In this document: in pieces, positions 13,740 through 27,164 of the stretch | Position numbering within the stretch: position 1 is the stretch's first letter | Layout of the letters: each line of letters opens with the position of its first letter | Source: Eukaryota sp. TZLM1-RC | Lineage: Eukaryota > Protista > Metamonada: BaSk clade | Direction: 5' to 3' | NCBI GenBank assembly: GCA_040285825.1 | Contig: JAUPSS010000005.1 | Location: forward strand, 930,001-994,000 | Length of the DNA stretch: 64,000 bases | Program-made: the position numbers and the translations under genes | The notes under the pieces: generated by a model | Database searches by the model: none | What the model saw: only the letters and a program-made list of their open reading frames with translations | Told to the model about the DNA's origin: nothing

Positions 13740-14080
13740 GAGGACAATTACCTTTACCTGAAGTCATTGTTAGATTGAAAGAAAAATTGTGATGTTCCTA
13801 TCTTTGGGCATTATGCCATTGTGGAAAATACATTACGAACATGAAGGAATTGATAGCTTATACAAAAATTCCAACCAATATTACTGAACAAAACTATCCT
13901 TTTTTGAGATTCATTCAATTGATTCAATCTAATGAAGATAGTCTGTCAGAATTTCTCCTATCTCCAACAAAGCTTATCAATTAAGGTTTAATGAATTCTG
14001 TTAAGCTGATAAAGAATCAATATTAAGTTGAATTAACTTGTTTTCCATGGTGGATACAGTATTCAGCTAAAAGGTATTTC
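13740..14080 (+). repeat. degenerate coding repeat of unknown type, copy 1
   Basis: Translates to MKELIAYTKIPTNITEQNYPFLRFIQLI, homologous to ORF 34043-34237 (-). Confidence 0.7.
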
Positions 14081-15163
14081 GTTGATATTTTTCCTAATTT
14101 TTTAGCTGTGAATAAAAAGGCTATGAAGTTACATTGATTTTTTGTTATAGAGGCGACATAATTTTATAATTCAATTGTGATAAAATTCTGAAAACTCAAA
14201 AAGACAAACAAAACAAGGTTTGAATTACACTAAGATAGAAAAATTATTTGTAAAATTAATAATTATTAGTTTCTGGCAAATTTAAAAATATTCCAGTGTT
14301 CATTGAATTGTTTCTTTTCAATGATGAATGGTTACTTCTTCAATTGCATTGATGTGGTGCGACTAGATGCAAATGTACACCACATGGAGCGATGCAGTGG
14401 TGTGACTTCACTTAAATGTAAACGCAGGAGAAAATCTTGGTAATCAGAAGCGCAATGCAATCATTCACATATCTGAGAATGTTTTCACAGTATCAGTTTC
14501 CATTTATTGTGAAGGTACCTAACAACATCAGTTATCCGTCTCCAATTGATTAAATGTAAAATCAATTATGGTGAATTGTTATTGATAACACCTAGTGTAC
14601 ACTGAAAACATTAATGATTAACTAGTGAGAAAACATTCATAGATAGGTTGAATCTACAATTGCAGTTGGTTGATCATGAAAAAGGGCAGCAATGATGAAA
14701 TGGGAAATGTTGATTTAATATAAGAAATCAAATAAATAAACTTTAACTGGATCACTTCCGTTTTTAATTAATATTAATTAGCTTAATTTCCATTGAAATA
14801 TTGATAAATAATCTTTCAGTGACAAGAAAAATTCAATGTTTGGTATAGCGTCGTGTGAATTAAAAGCTCTGTTTTATAATTGTTGAACGTTGTAATGATT
14901 GTAGTTTGAAAACATTGTTACTGGAACTTCAATCGAATATTAGATTTTAAAAAAATGCAAGGTTCTATTGTGGCACAGAATTGGTTTTTTTGTAATAACT
15001 CACTTCCAACTATAAAGAAAATTACCACAGTTACAAAAAGAAATCTAAATAAAGGTTTTTAATTTATTTAAAACAATTCGTAAAAAGTTTATTAAAGGTT
15101 TTTCAATAAATAATTCAACACCAAATATAATGCAATTTAAATTTTTTCAATTAAATTTCCCAA

Positions 15164-16042
15164 TCACACCCTATCACTAACCCTTTTCAACTCCATTTCC
15201 ACCATGGCCAAAGCCTTTTGCCTTCTTCTATCAGCAGTAATTCCCCGATCGATCGGAGTGGCTAAACCAAACCTATCACTAGCTGAATCACTTCCCGAGT
15301 CAGAAGAAGTCAAAGGAAGTCTCAATAATTTTGAGCATTGTGTAGAGATAATTCGAATAATTGGGCGTAGATGAGAAGGGAAAAACAAAGCAAAAGCAAA
15401 TTGAGGACCTCTGTCACCTCGGGAGCTGAGTAAAGGATTGTTCATTAAATACCGAATGTAACAATAAGAACAAATTAAAGAGGAAAAAACCCAAAACCCA
15501 AATATTAAAGATTGTCCGAGAAAAATGAAATTTATTAATGATAGAATAATAAAAATAAATGGAAGATACTGAAGTTTCAGATAGGGTATTTTAAAAGATT
15601 TGTTGGGCAAACTTAGAGTGGGAGAAAGCTCTGGTCGGACATACGCACATGCAATGGAGAGCATAGAGAGTAGAGGAAGGGAACCATGGAGGTTGGGGGT
15701 AAGGAAGGAGAGAGAAAGACCAGAGAAGGCGAAAAGAAGTACAGAAAGAAAAACGGTGATGAGGCACGCCGGGAGGTACGAGGCGGTGAGAAAGGAGAGG
15801 AGAAGCTTTGATCCCCAAAAAGACTCAATGAAGGAAAGTGATGAGTAAAGAAGTGGGGTGTAGAAAGGGAGGAGAAGAAGACTATTTACAAGGGGTGCTG
15901 TCAGTATCCTGTAGGGTTGGAATAACGAAATGAAAGTGTCCATGGGAGAAAACACAAGAGCAGAAGGAGAAAGAAGCAGTGAGAGCAGTGAGCATGATAT
16001 GGTGAGGACAGTAAGGCTGAGTGCGACAGGACGATGTATCAT
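15164..16042 (-). CDS. TMEM115: TMEM115-like (DUF1751, rhomboid-like) Golgi membrane protein
   Basis: Multi-TM; RGD...FAFALFFP..LRP and C-terminal RRRQKAL motifs. Confidence 0.82.
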   Translation of the reverse strand: MIHRPVALSLTVLTISCSLLSLLLSPSALVFSPMDTFISLFQPYRILTAPLVNSLLLLPFYTPLLYSSLSFIESFWGSKLLLSFLTASYLPACLITVFLSVLLFAFSGLSLSFLTPNLHGSLPLLSMLSIACAYVRPELSPTLSLPNKSFKIPYLKLQYLPFIFIILSLINFIFLGQSLIFGFWVFSSLICSYCYIRYLMNNPLLSSRGDRGPQFAFALFFPSHLRPIIRIISTQCSKLLRLPLTSSDSGSDSASDRFGLATPIDRGITADRRRQKALAMVEMELKRVSDRV

Positions 16043-16576
16043 GGAGAAATCAAAAAAGCTACAGATTGACTGTTACAAAAGACTTAAACCTGAGACAATT
16101 TAAAATTCTTAAAACGATTTCAAGCAACTTATTTTTTGTAAACTAAACAAAAAGTAACAAATGCAACAATTCTTCAATTAAAAAAATAAAAAAAAATTCT
16201 TCAATTAATCATCTCCTGGTTGTGCTTTTCATACAACACTTCTTGTCTTCTAACCTGCTTCGCTGGATAAGTACTTAAATTTGATGCGTTTCATAGTATC
16301 AAGAAAGCCATATAAAGATATAGTTGTCAAACAATTGAACGTCATTATATAAATTTGTTGCTTTTTGGAGCTCCTCATCCTTTGAATTACAATATATATA
16401 GAAAAAATCTGTTGCAATTGAATTGAGTTGTTCAGTATTTTTTGAATCAAATGACCGTAAAGCATTTGTCTCATCACTGTATTTTCAATTTTTCATTCCT
16501 TCTTTTTAAATGTTAAATTTCAATAAAAGACGAGAAATTACTGACTATTCCGAAATTGATTCTTTACTCTGTCCAT

Positions 16577-16748
16577 TTTTTTTAAATATTTATTTATCAA
16601 ACTACTTATAAATCAACATCTAAATAATTCATCTCTCCCAAAACAAAAACACTGGATGCAACTCTCTCATAGTGAGATCCAAGACAAACCAAAGCATCAG
16701 GAACGATCTTCAACATCCCCTTAAAAATAGAAAACACAATTCTATTCA
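16577..16748 (-). mobile_element. 3'-terminal fragment of RLE non-LTR family D
   Basis: Matches 28020-28165 and carries an A tail. Confidence 0.8.
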
Positions 16749-16850
16749 ACAGGTATATTTATCAAATAATTGTTTGAACAATTCTTTATTCTAAACAATC
16801 ATTAAAACAAAAACATTGAATTTATATAAAGAACATACAAATAAATAAAC

Positions 16851-17598
16851 CTAAGCCTCAGGAGTAAGGAAAGGCTCCCCTTGATTCGTTCTAGAAAATA
16901 ACGAACTCCAGAAATCAATGTTAGGTATTAACTCCCAACCAGTCATTCCTAAAATAAGATCCTTTTAAAACAAAAACAAACCTTGAACAACTCCCTTATA
17001 CAGGGCTCCAAGGGCAAAGTAACCAATAATGGCAATACCAATAATGATTAAAGCAACCAGGATAAATGGCATGGAATGACAGACGGAATCGCTGTTTGTG
17101 TACCAGTCAAATGTCCAAATGGTTGGTTTATCATCATAGCAATAAGAAGTAGGAAAGTTGCGGCCAGCTTCTAGGCGTGATCTATCCCTATCAAGCTTAT
17201 CATCACAGAAGAAGCGAATTCTAGTGGAATATCCGTCAGGTGAATTGGGTCGGCACCGCTCTCCTCCAATAATATGGATATTGGGGTTATTGTTGCCATC
17301 AGAATAGAAAACATCAGTGTTGTCACCAACGTTTACCCATCGGCTCTCTTCAGCGCCGAACACGTGAAGACATGTCCGTGAGGTACAGTTCTCCGCATTG
17401 GCATTGTGGAGAGGTGTGTTGTAGCACTTTGTTTAGTAAAGACGGTGGGTATGAACAAACAGGGTGTAAGACGACTTCCACATCGAAAGCGTCGGTAACG
17501 ATTGTATCATATACAGGCTCAAGAGTACAGATGTCGTCTAGAGTGGAGCGAGCTTGAGAGAGGACAAGAACGAAGAAGAGGTAGAATAGTGAACGCAT
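16851..17598 (-). CDS. cation-dependent M6P receptor / ATG27-like type I membrane protein; introns 17427-17460 and 16949-16981
   Basis: Signal peptide; Cys-rich MRH-like domain (GGERC, IRFFCD, FDWYT..VC); one TM. Splicing restores the frame and the GWELIPNIDFW tail. Confidence 0.82.
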
Positions 17599-18704
17599 TG
17601 GTGTAGGTGATAAACTCAATACATACTGCTAAATGATATATATGGTGTCCCTCATGTATAACTCACATCATTCTCAACAGTTTTTTCCCGCTCTAACAGC
17701 TTTTTACACTCAGACCTGTGCACTACCTTTTCTCTGTACTTGTTATGAACACGTGTCTCCATATTGCTGAACATGTTAAGAGCACTGTTTACAACACTAT
17801 CCCATCAGATGTGACATTCACTGTTATGACAGTACAAAAGTCCATGGAAGGGACTAATTTAATATTATCTTTTGCTTGATTACAAATTTGTGGTGATTTA
17901 TGTATATTGTTTGCAAGATTTTTAATATTTTTGAACTCAATTTATTAATTAAGAATACGAGACAATGTTGAAAACAAGATTTTGAATGGAATCAGGAGTA
18001 TCATCCAGAACTTTTGTCAAGCCTCAATGATTTTTGAATCTCTGCTTTTTTGTTTGAACTTTCTATTTGTGTTGGGATCTCTGAAATTGTAATTGGACTT
18101 GGTATTTCTCCACAATTATCTTCAACTGAACCGTAACTTCTCTTACTGTAAAAATATTTTTCTACCAAGTATATTCGGGTACCAGCTTTGGTCACGAATT
18201 TGATTTTCTTTCTTGTATTGTCCCAATCCCCAAGGCCAACAAAAATATCGGCAGCATCAGCTTTCACTTTTGTTTAACTATTTGGTTGACTCAGTTGGCA
18301 TCACACTATTATTTATTTATTTATTTTAATAAATTTTGGTGCCCAAGGAGACCTAATGGTAATGTGGGTGTAGCACTTCATCATGGATAAATTTAATTTT
18401 GATATATTTTTTGTTTTACTAAAGGCAACAAGAAATTTCCAATAACAGAGAGTTGACATTAAAACAAAATTAAATTCGTTTAATGTGAAATCGGTAGAAG
18501 CTTTGATCTCATCTTTACTACCATTTCTTCTTCATGTTATTTTAGTTTTCGTGCAGTTATCACTACTCTCAATCCTGAAACGGTTGAGTGGAGGTAGCTT
18601 GATTCCTTTTTTTAACCTTATCCGAAAATCAACGTTTCGTCAACCTATCAAAATTTTGCTGGGTGTGATCGTTGTTGGGATGTTACCTTGGAAAAAATGT
18701 TGAT

Positions 18705-19785
18705 GTCAAAAGCCAACCTTCGACTTTGTTGCAATTGTTTGCAAATGAGTGAGAGTCCATTGAAAATTTAAAAACAATCAAACAAATTTTGAGGGTGCGT
18801 CATTTTGAACGGTTGAGACTTATTTTAAGATCAACATCACCATCCGTTTTTTTGGAATTTATTCGTATTTTTAATGAACACAGAACCAATTTTCAGCAAC
18901 ATTATTGGAAATTGATGCATCTCAGTTACGAAGTTACATTCTTTGTGGTACAGATTTTGATGGTGTTGATTATCATAAATCAAGCTACCGTTGTAAAGCT
19001 ACCTTTATTGGAGGTGGTAAAAAAAATTTATTTTTGAATTTGTGATGATCAGATGAAGCAGAAACATTTTTGAATGACTTTCAAAAAATGGTTCAAGAAA
19101 ACACAATGAAAAGATTTGATATTTTTTTATGGGGTTTTCGGATTCAATTTGCCATTATTAATAGATTAACTCGGTATTTCAATCGAATAAGAGAAGCTTT
19201 AGCTAGACAGCAAGCAGATCAAAATTTTGGAGAGGAAATCTTCGTTCAATTATAGTCGTCCCATTAGTTAGGAGTTAATTTAATTAAATGTGCATGTTTA
19301 ATAAATCAATACCTTATACTAAATTTGTGAATCGCTTTACAGAAAATATTGATCTCATTGAAAACTGTGGCGGCTTTTATTTTATTTTTTTGCAACAGGA
19401 AATTGAAACTGTTTCACAAAATATTTGGTCTAACTGTTTTCCCTCTGCTCTTGTGGAACTTTTTTCAAGAAGCTTGCTATCCTGACCTCTGATTTTTGTT
19501 AAATTGCAGAAAAAAGAGTGAACAGTTTCAGAAACCTTGAATTATCGTGTACCTCTTAGTTTGTCTAAAAAGAAATCACGCTTTGCAAACTTTCTGATTG
19601 ACCTTAAAGACAGTTGCTCAAGTTGCCTAATCTTTCAAGTTCTCAACATTTATGACCTTATACTCTATGATCATCAATGAACAATTGCTGTGAGAATGAG
19701 AAGTTTCTTATGGCCTTGTTCGTTGCCAAAGTATTTGACTTGTCGCTGCAAAAATGTAGTTACGGTTTCCCTTATTTTAAACTGA
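18705..19785 (+). mobile_element. degenerate internal fragment of RLE family A
   Basis: Matches ~9130-9935 (ILRSTSPS.SLEF); interrupted at 19046-19321. Confidence 0.8.
19046..19321 (+). mobile_element. 5'-truncated RLE non-LTR family E inserted in the family A relic
   Basis: FLNDFQKMV..LW..RIQFAI C-terminus. TSD AATTTGTGA at 19037-19045 and 19322-19330. Confidence 0.8.
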
Positions 19786-19814
19786 AAATATATAATCTGT
19801 TTTTCTTTTGCTTT

Positions 19815-20620
19815 CAAAAATGTATATTTATCCATCAAGGAATTAAGAAATCAACAAATACACAACTAAAACTCCACATGCTCACAATCTGCCTCCCCAA
19901 CATCAACAAACATCATGACTAATGATTGAGAAAATTTCCCATAAGAACAAAATGAACATTCCATCCAAAAGACACAATAAAATTCTGTTTTGCCAGTAAA
20001 CACGATTGAAAATTCTTCCAATTCTTTCCTCTACAACTGCATTAAAATCCTGAAGGAAAGCCCCAGCAGCCTTACCTTAAGATCCAATTAAGGAAAAAAC
20101 TATCATTAATTCCATTGGACATCAGAATTTTCATTGGCAGAAGAATTAGGTTTTGCGTACTTCCGAACTCAACCAAATCACCTCTTGTCAGAGATTATAG
20201 AAGCTCTGTGTACCGCCTACTATCATTATTGAGGTCACCAAGAATCAATACAATAGCAAAGGGTTCAAAAAAGAATCTACTCGATATGATTTGCACATTA
20301 CATAAAATTGGTCCCTGACATTATTATAAACATTACTGCTAAATTTAATGAAATGTTTACAGTTCAAAAGATGAGTAAACCAAAGCGGTTTCCCACATTT
20401 ACAAGTTAAATGATTTGGCAAATTGTTTGGACATAGAAAACAACGAAAACGCAAGTCTATGCCGTTCATTTTTTTTAACAGAAATCCATAAACAGAAAAT
20501 TTGTGTTGTTAAAACACCTACACAACTGTAACGAATGGGATTTTGAGCTTTGGCCAGGCCAAGTCTTAGTTCGTAATCCATGCTCAAAAGTTTACAATTA
20601 ATCCTTCCTTGAAACTATTA
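19815..20620 (-). mobile_element. fragments of RLE non-LTR family C
   Basis: CKCGK..HLLNC, NNVRDQ, FNRVYWQ; homologous to 36485-37320. Confidence 0.75.
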
Positions 20621-21576
20621 CCTTCTGCTGATAACCTTGATCAAAAAAATTTATGTCAAAAATTTATTATTAATTATAAATAAAATTATTATTATATAAT
20701 AATATATTAATAATATAATATAATATTATTATAATATTATTTATTATAAATTTAAATTTATGTCAATTTTATGATTAGATTTTATTTAATTTGTATCAGA
20801 TTATTTGTTGTTTCTTCAGCCACATCTTGGAAATTATTCACAGAAAAATCATGCTGCTTCTGATAGATTATCGTTTTCAGAAAATGGAGAAGTAATGAAA
20901 ATACTATTGCTAAAACTCTATTGCTATTAGCATTAGCTTCCTCGATATCTTTGTCGTTTTTTCTATGTTTGCCATTCACTTTCAATTCAATGATGAAGTC
21001 ACTTGATTGGTGGAGAAGACCATACACCAAGGAAAAAACATTGATCAGGAGCAGGTTGGTTCCACATTCATTGATGTAGTTTCAATTTAAATCTTTCAAG
21101 TAAATTTTTCTTCCAAAAATTTAAATTTTACACTACCGGAAGTAATCAGTCTCTCTGAGGCCATTTTCCCCTCATTTGTGTTATTCACTTGAAGACAATA
21201 AATCACATTTCAAAACGTTCTACTGATAAAACTGTTTACTTTTATTTTTAGCTTAATCATTTAATGAGGAATATGAAAACACGAAATTCACAACTAAAAC
21301 TTCACATCCTCAAAATCTGCCTCCCCTGCTTCAAGAAACTTAATTGCTTCAATAAAGACAGTGAATCAGAAATTAATTTCATTATCCCCTCCAAAAAACA
21401 AACAACAATCCTGTTTTGCCAGTAAACACCATTGAAAATTCTTCCAGTTCTTTCCTTTACAACCACAACAAAATCCTCTAGGAAACCCATAGCAGCGTTA
21501 CCTAGTGATCCAAATAAAGAAAAAACAAAGGGACATAAATTATGATAGGAATGAGAATTCTCATAAACTGAGGAAG

Positions 21577-22685
21577 TGTTGTTGTTGAACTCAAATTGAA
21601 TTAGTAGGTTTCTTTGTATTTCGACTGATGACGTGATACTCATTTATGAATCAGTTTTATTAATAAACGCAGATTTCTCTCTCTCCCCTTCGTGTGTTCA
21701 TCTGCCTAACGGCATCAATAATTATTGGCCTTTCTTATTTCAGATGACTGTTCCTTCTGTAATCCTCCCGTCTCTTTCTTCCATGAAAGTTGAAAGTGTT
21801 CTCTTGTTCCTACAAGAGTGGAAGATCTATTCTTCTGTGATTTCTAAGAAAGAGCTTGTTCCAGCAAGACTCTTGGTCGATTCTTTTCTGTTAAAGTCTC
21901 TATCTCTCCAGAAATCCGACGTCTCTTCCAGTGACGATGTTCTTCTTAAACATCTACAATCTGTCGTATCGTTCGCCACGTACGAAAATTTTAGTTTGGC
22001 TATGTCAGAACTGAAGCTTGATGTCCGTATTGGTGACGTCCGAGAACGTATGTCCTGTTACCTGCGACGTTTCCTCCAGGTAAAGAGTAGGGCTTCCGGA
22101 CTGAAGTTACCAGACACAGCTTTTCTGAATCGATTTGCCAGAGGAATTTTTCCCGTAGGTCTACAACGTTCTCTACTAGCGAGAATTCGAGATGATGTAT
22201 TCCCAGATCTTCACTCTCTTGTCGAAACCACTACTGATGAGCTGTTGGACTGCTCTAGGGTTGCTTCATGGACTCGTGGTTTCAAAACCTCAGTGAATGA
22301 TGTGGAACGTACGGCTGGCACTAAAACGAGGTCCTCTTGGCGCTCTCAGGATTTAAAAAATCAATCGTGCTTCAAGTGCCACAAGCCTAAAAACATCTCC
22401 CGCGATTGTCCAACTGAAATCAAACATGAGGTAAATTATGTGTGTCACACAAACGATGCACCAAAGAGTTTAACAAACCCCATATCTTCCCTCTATTGAG
22501 CCAGTACTGTATTTGTCCTCAGAAAAGGGGGAAAAAGTAGTGTTGTTGTTGTTGAACTCAAATTGAATTAGTACTTGTCTTTGTATTTCGACTGATGACG
22601 TGATACTCATTTATGAATGAGTTTTATTAATAAACAACAGATTTCTCTTTCTCCCCTTCGTGTGTTCATCTGCCTAACGGCATCA
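21577..22685 (+). mobile_element. Gag-only mini LTR retroelement, copy 1
   Basis: LTRs 21577-21717 and 22541-22685 (TGTTG..CATCA, several differences). TSD GAAG. PPT AGAAAAGGGGGAAAAAGTAG. Single ORF. Confidence 0.93.
21744..22499 (+). CDS. gag: compact Gag (251 aa), zinc knuckle mutated (CFKCHKPKNISRDC)
   Basis: About 95% identical to ORF 51784-52539. Confidence 0.85.
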   Translation: MTVPSVILPSLSSMKVESVLLFLQEWKIYSSVISKKELVPARLLVDSFLLKSLSLQKSDVSSSDDVLLKHLQSVVSFATYENFSLAMSELKLDVRIGDVRERMSCYLRRFLQVKSRASGLKLPDTAFLNRFARGIFPVGLQRSLLARIRDDVFPDLHSLVETTTDELLDCSRVASWTRGFKTSVNDVERTAGTKTRSSWRSQDLKNQSCFKCHKPKNISRDCPTEIKHEVNYVCHTNDAPKSLTNPISSLY

Positions 22686-22976
22686 GAAGTGGGTTTCACA
22701 TATTTAGTAATTTTATATTTTTCGCCAGCAAAAAGTAGATTATTCATATGAATTAATGAAATGTTCGTTAGAAGAATTATAGGGGCCAATGGACACGGCG
22801 TCTAAAATAGTAAAACTACCAATTCAAACAGGAACAACCACATGTAACATCAACATGGAGATTATTCAGGACCTTTCCCAATTACCGAAATTTTTTTTTC
22901 TCCCTCCCTTGGTCAACCTTCTCATATTTCACTTTCTGTCACGGCGTCAGAATCGTACTTTTTCTCTGTCAAAACG

Positions 22977-25900
22977 ATGCCATTGGCTGATAGTGACTCT
23001 GATACTGATTGGAACGCCCGAGTAAAGATTCTACCAGTCAGACCAAGCTCATCATCTTCACTTCTCCACTCTCCCCACAATACAAGCTATGCTCGAAATT
23101 CATCTCAAAAAAATTTCAATTCAAAAACTGATCATTGTACCAGAAAAAACTCACAAAAACCACAATTACGATCCTTACGTTCTGTTGCGCGTTATATAAA
23201 CAACTCCGTTTCTCGAAATTTGTTTGCTCCAGCTGAAATCGGAAAAAGTCAAAAATCTGTTTCTACCTTTAACTCACCAATTGACAAAATAGAAATAACT
23301 GAAAAAATGAAACCATTACTATTAAAAACTGGAAAAGTTCATTCTCAGAGTTGTGGCAAATGTCGTCAACCGGGACATAACGTTAAAACATGTCCCCAAA
23401 TAAAACAAGAACAATTAAAAGCTCGTGCTGCATCTGCTGATTTGAAACAATCCCTCTCTTCGTTACCCATAAATGATGATAATTCTGATCAAGAAATACC
23501 AGCAATAGTACCTATAAATTTATCCATTGATTCTCCGAATAATAAGTGTATATTTTGTACCAAAAATTTGGGCATTAATTCTTCTGGCCGACCATTACGT
23601 TTTTGCGAATCATGTAAAGTTGTTGATTCCTTGAGGCCTCCAATACGTGTTCCATCACATGTAAGTCCTCTTTCTTGCATCCCCTTTTCGATTAGTTTTC
23701 GAAAATTTACCACCAATTTAAAAAAAGGCATATGGGATGTAACACCGCTATGGAAATTTTTTTTGCTTAAAGATAAAAAATTATTGTCATCAAAATCAAA
23801 ATTTCGTCCTTCAGTAATGAAGAAAGAAAAAATTGTTCGAAAATTAGCTTTAAAGGGACGCTATAATTCCGCTAAGCAATGCCTGTTTTCCTCTGAACTT
23901 GCAGAATGTAATGAGAATACTGTTGCTCAACTAAAGAGTCTCCATCCTGTTGCAAATTTTAAGTGCCCTAAACCTAATAATGTAAGTTATTGGGAGCAAA
24001 ATCCCGTAACTAATGATGAACTAATTAAATTGATAAACCACTTACCATCTGGAAAAGCGCCTGGTCCATCAATGATCACTTTTGACATGTTAAAATCCAC
24101 GATAAACCAATGTCCTGAATGTATTGATGATTTGGTTTTCTTTTTCAACAAAATTTTAACATTAAAAATCAAGCTTCCATCTGAAATGACAAGTTCACGC
24201 TTAATTGCTTTAAAAAAGAATGAATCAAAAATAAGGCCAATTGCAATTGGTGAATCTTTGTCTCGTATTCTTGCTTCAGCTGTGTTTGGCAGGATTGGTA
24301 AAAAGGCTAAAGATTTTTTTAGTCCTTTCCAATTTGGAATTAAAACAGTTGATGGTGCATCTTCTGCAGCACTCTCTTCTGATGTCTTTTTTAATTCCAA
24401 TACTTCGAATTATATTTTTAATTTGGATTTTAAAAACGCTTTCAATGCAGTGAAGAGGTCGTCCATCTTGCCCTTGCTTCAAACTCATTTTCCAGAAGCT
24501 GAGTCGTTCTTTTACAATTTTTATGGCTCACAGTCAACTCTTGTTTATGAGGAATTCAATCTAATATCATCATCTGGTGTCAAACAAGGTGATCCATTAG
24601 GTCCTTTCTTTTTCTGTCTTGCTATCCATCCTTTAATGTGTGAATTAAAACAAGAATTTCCAGATGTTCATATAACTGCTTATATGGATGACATATCAAT
24701 AATTGGTCCAATTGATTCATTGAGAACAATTGCTGAAATTGTTCAACAGCGCTATTAAGAAATTGGTCTTTCTCTAAATATTTCCAAATGTTTATTGATT
24801 GGTAGAGAGCCTGCTGATTTCATTATTGATGGTCAAAGTGTTCCTTTTATCAATTATTTTGAATCAGGATTTCGTTTTTTAGGTTGTTATTTAGGCAACT
24901 TTGATGAAATTCGAAATCAACTTTCCTCTCTTTTGGATAATTTTGAAGAAGAATTGATGGTTCTTTCAGATTTAAATATTGAAAAACATCTTAAATTTTT
25001 CTTCCTCAGAATTTGTTATTCAGGGAAATTTACTCATATTTTACGATCAACATCACCATCTATTTCTCTCGAATTTTGCAGAATTTTTAATGAATTAAGA
25101 ACAAAATTTTTGGCTAATTTGCTCGATATTGATTCTTCTTTTTTACGTAGTCATATTTTTTGTAGCACAGAATTGGGAGGCCTGGATTTTCACAAATCAA
25201 AATATTTGTGTAAAGCCGCATTCATTGGTGGAGGAAAAAATTTCGTTTTTGAATTTTTGAAACGTTTTCCTGAAAACCAGCATTTGATAGAATGTTGTGT
25301 TAGTGACTATTTAGTGTCCTTGCAGAGTGAAATTGAATGCATCTCTTCTCACATATGGTCCAAATGCTTTCCTGCTGATATTCAAGAAATTCCACCCAGG
25401 AGTTTGATTTCCTTGAAATTTGCATATGCTAAATTGCAGAAAAAGATATTAAAAGTTTTTGAAAACTTGGATTTCACTGTTCGTCTTAGCTTGGCTAAAG
25501 AAAAGAATCCCGTTTTTGCAAACTTTTTAATTGACCTCAAGGATAGTAGCTCAAGTTGTCTTATTTCCCAGATTCCAAATGTATATGGTCTATTATTAAA
25601 TGATCATCAATGGACAACTGCCTTCAGGATGAGGTGTTTCCTGTGGCCATGTAGTGTGCCAAATGATTTGATTTGTCGTTGTGGTCAGCTCATTAATCTG
25701 AATCATTTATTTAATTGCAAATTTAATATTACATATCGCTCAGTTGTTCACGATGCTGTTAGAGACCAACTATACCCTATGTGCAAAAGCCATCACATTG
25801 AAGCTTTTGTTGAACCACTTGTGCGAAGGTTGTCATCTGAAAATGAAAATGAAAATACTTTTGGGAAACGCCGTGCTGATTTAATTACCCCTGCGTCTGA

Positions 25901-27164
25901 TGGTGTTATTGAAGTTGTTGATGTTGTCACTGTTGATGTTTGTAAAGACTCAGCAATTGACTTTGCTAAAAGAGATGAAACTCCACTTTGCTTTGCTGAA
26001 AAGAGCAAAATCAAAAAGTACAATGAACCCTTATCTCAGCTAGGACGTGTTGAGCATGTTAAGTATCAGTTGGTTCCATTTGCTGTTTCTCTTTTTGGTA
26101 ACATTGGAATATCTGGCATTAAATTTCTTGAAGGTTTCAGAAGTTTAATAAAAGAAAGAGCAGGAAAAGAATTGAACTTCAATTTCTGGCACAATAGAAT
26201 TGTTTTCAGTATTCTTAAAGCAATTCCAGAAATGTTGACCAAAGCACTGTTACAATTAGGAATAGAGTATGAAAATCGCGCGCTTAAAAGATTTGATGAT
26301 GTTGATGCGTGTATTTGATGCCGTTAGGCAGATGAACACACGAAGGAGAGAGAGAAATCTAACTTTATTAATAAAACTGATTCATAAACGAGTATCACGT
26401 CATCAGTCAAAATACAAAGATACCTACTAATTCAATTTAAGTTCGACAACAACACTACTTTTTCCCATTTCTCTGAGGACAAATACAGTACTGGCTCAAT
26501 AGAGGGAAGATATGGGGTTTGTTAAATTCTCCGGTGCATCGTTGGTATGAGAACGTTGGAGACCTACTGGAAGAATTCCTCTGGCAAATCGGTTCAGAAA
26601 AGCTATGTCTGGCAACTTCAGTCCGGAAGCCCTACTCTTTACCTAGAGGAAACGTCGCAGGTAACAGGACATGCGTTCTCGGACGTCACCAATACGGACA
26701 TCAAGCTTCAGTTCTGACATAGCCAGACTAAAATCTTCGTACGTGACGAACGATACGACAGATTGTAGATGTCTGAGAAGAACATCGTCACTGGATGAGA
26801 CGTCGGATTTCTGGAGAGATAGGACTCTAACAGAAAAGAATCGACCAAGAGTCTTGCTGGAACAAGCTCTTTCTTAGGAGTCACCGAAGAATAAATCTTT
26901 CACTCTTGTAGGAACAAGAGAACACTTTCAACTTTCATGGAAGAAAGAGACGTCAGGTTAACAGAGGGAACAGTCATCTGAAATAAGAAGGGCCAATAAT
27001 TATTGATGCCGTTAGGCAGATGAACACACGAAGGAGAGAGAGAAATCTAACTTTATTAATAAAACTGATTCATAAACGAGTATCACGTCATCAGTCAAAA
27101 TACAAAGATACCTACTAATTCAATTTAAGTTCGACAACAACATATTGAGGATATTGATTTCTAG
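22977..27164 (+). pseudogene. single ORF (~1118 aa): CCHC knuckle-RT-RLE; one nonsense codon plus an LTR-element insertion in the last codons
   Basis: ORFs 22977-24758 and 24795-26318 are in frame across TAA 24756. RPIAIGE, QGDPLGP, YMDD, RRADL. DACI|EDIDF* resumes at 27147. Confidence 0.92.
26316..27142 (-). mobile_element. internally deleted Gag-only element, copy 2 (non-coding)
   Basis: Identical 139-bp LTRs 26316-26454 and 27004-27142. TSD TATT. Early TGA in gag and a ~275-bp deletion. Confidence 0.93.

Larger units (their letters stand above)
21260..22852 (-). mobile_element. 3' fragment of RLE family C interrupted by the Gag-only element
   Basis: Sequence on both sides of 21577-22685 is colinear with 36530-36985. 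Confidence 0.8.

Noticed and set aside
21633-21743. N-terminal extension of the 288-aa ORF call
   Set aside because: Starts at a GTG inside the LTR and is not conserved in copy 3; the real start is ATG 21744.
24756-24758. TAA reassignment or readthrough (alternative genetic code)
   Set aside because: TAA terminates LTV1 and TMC normally; a single nonsense mutation is simpler.
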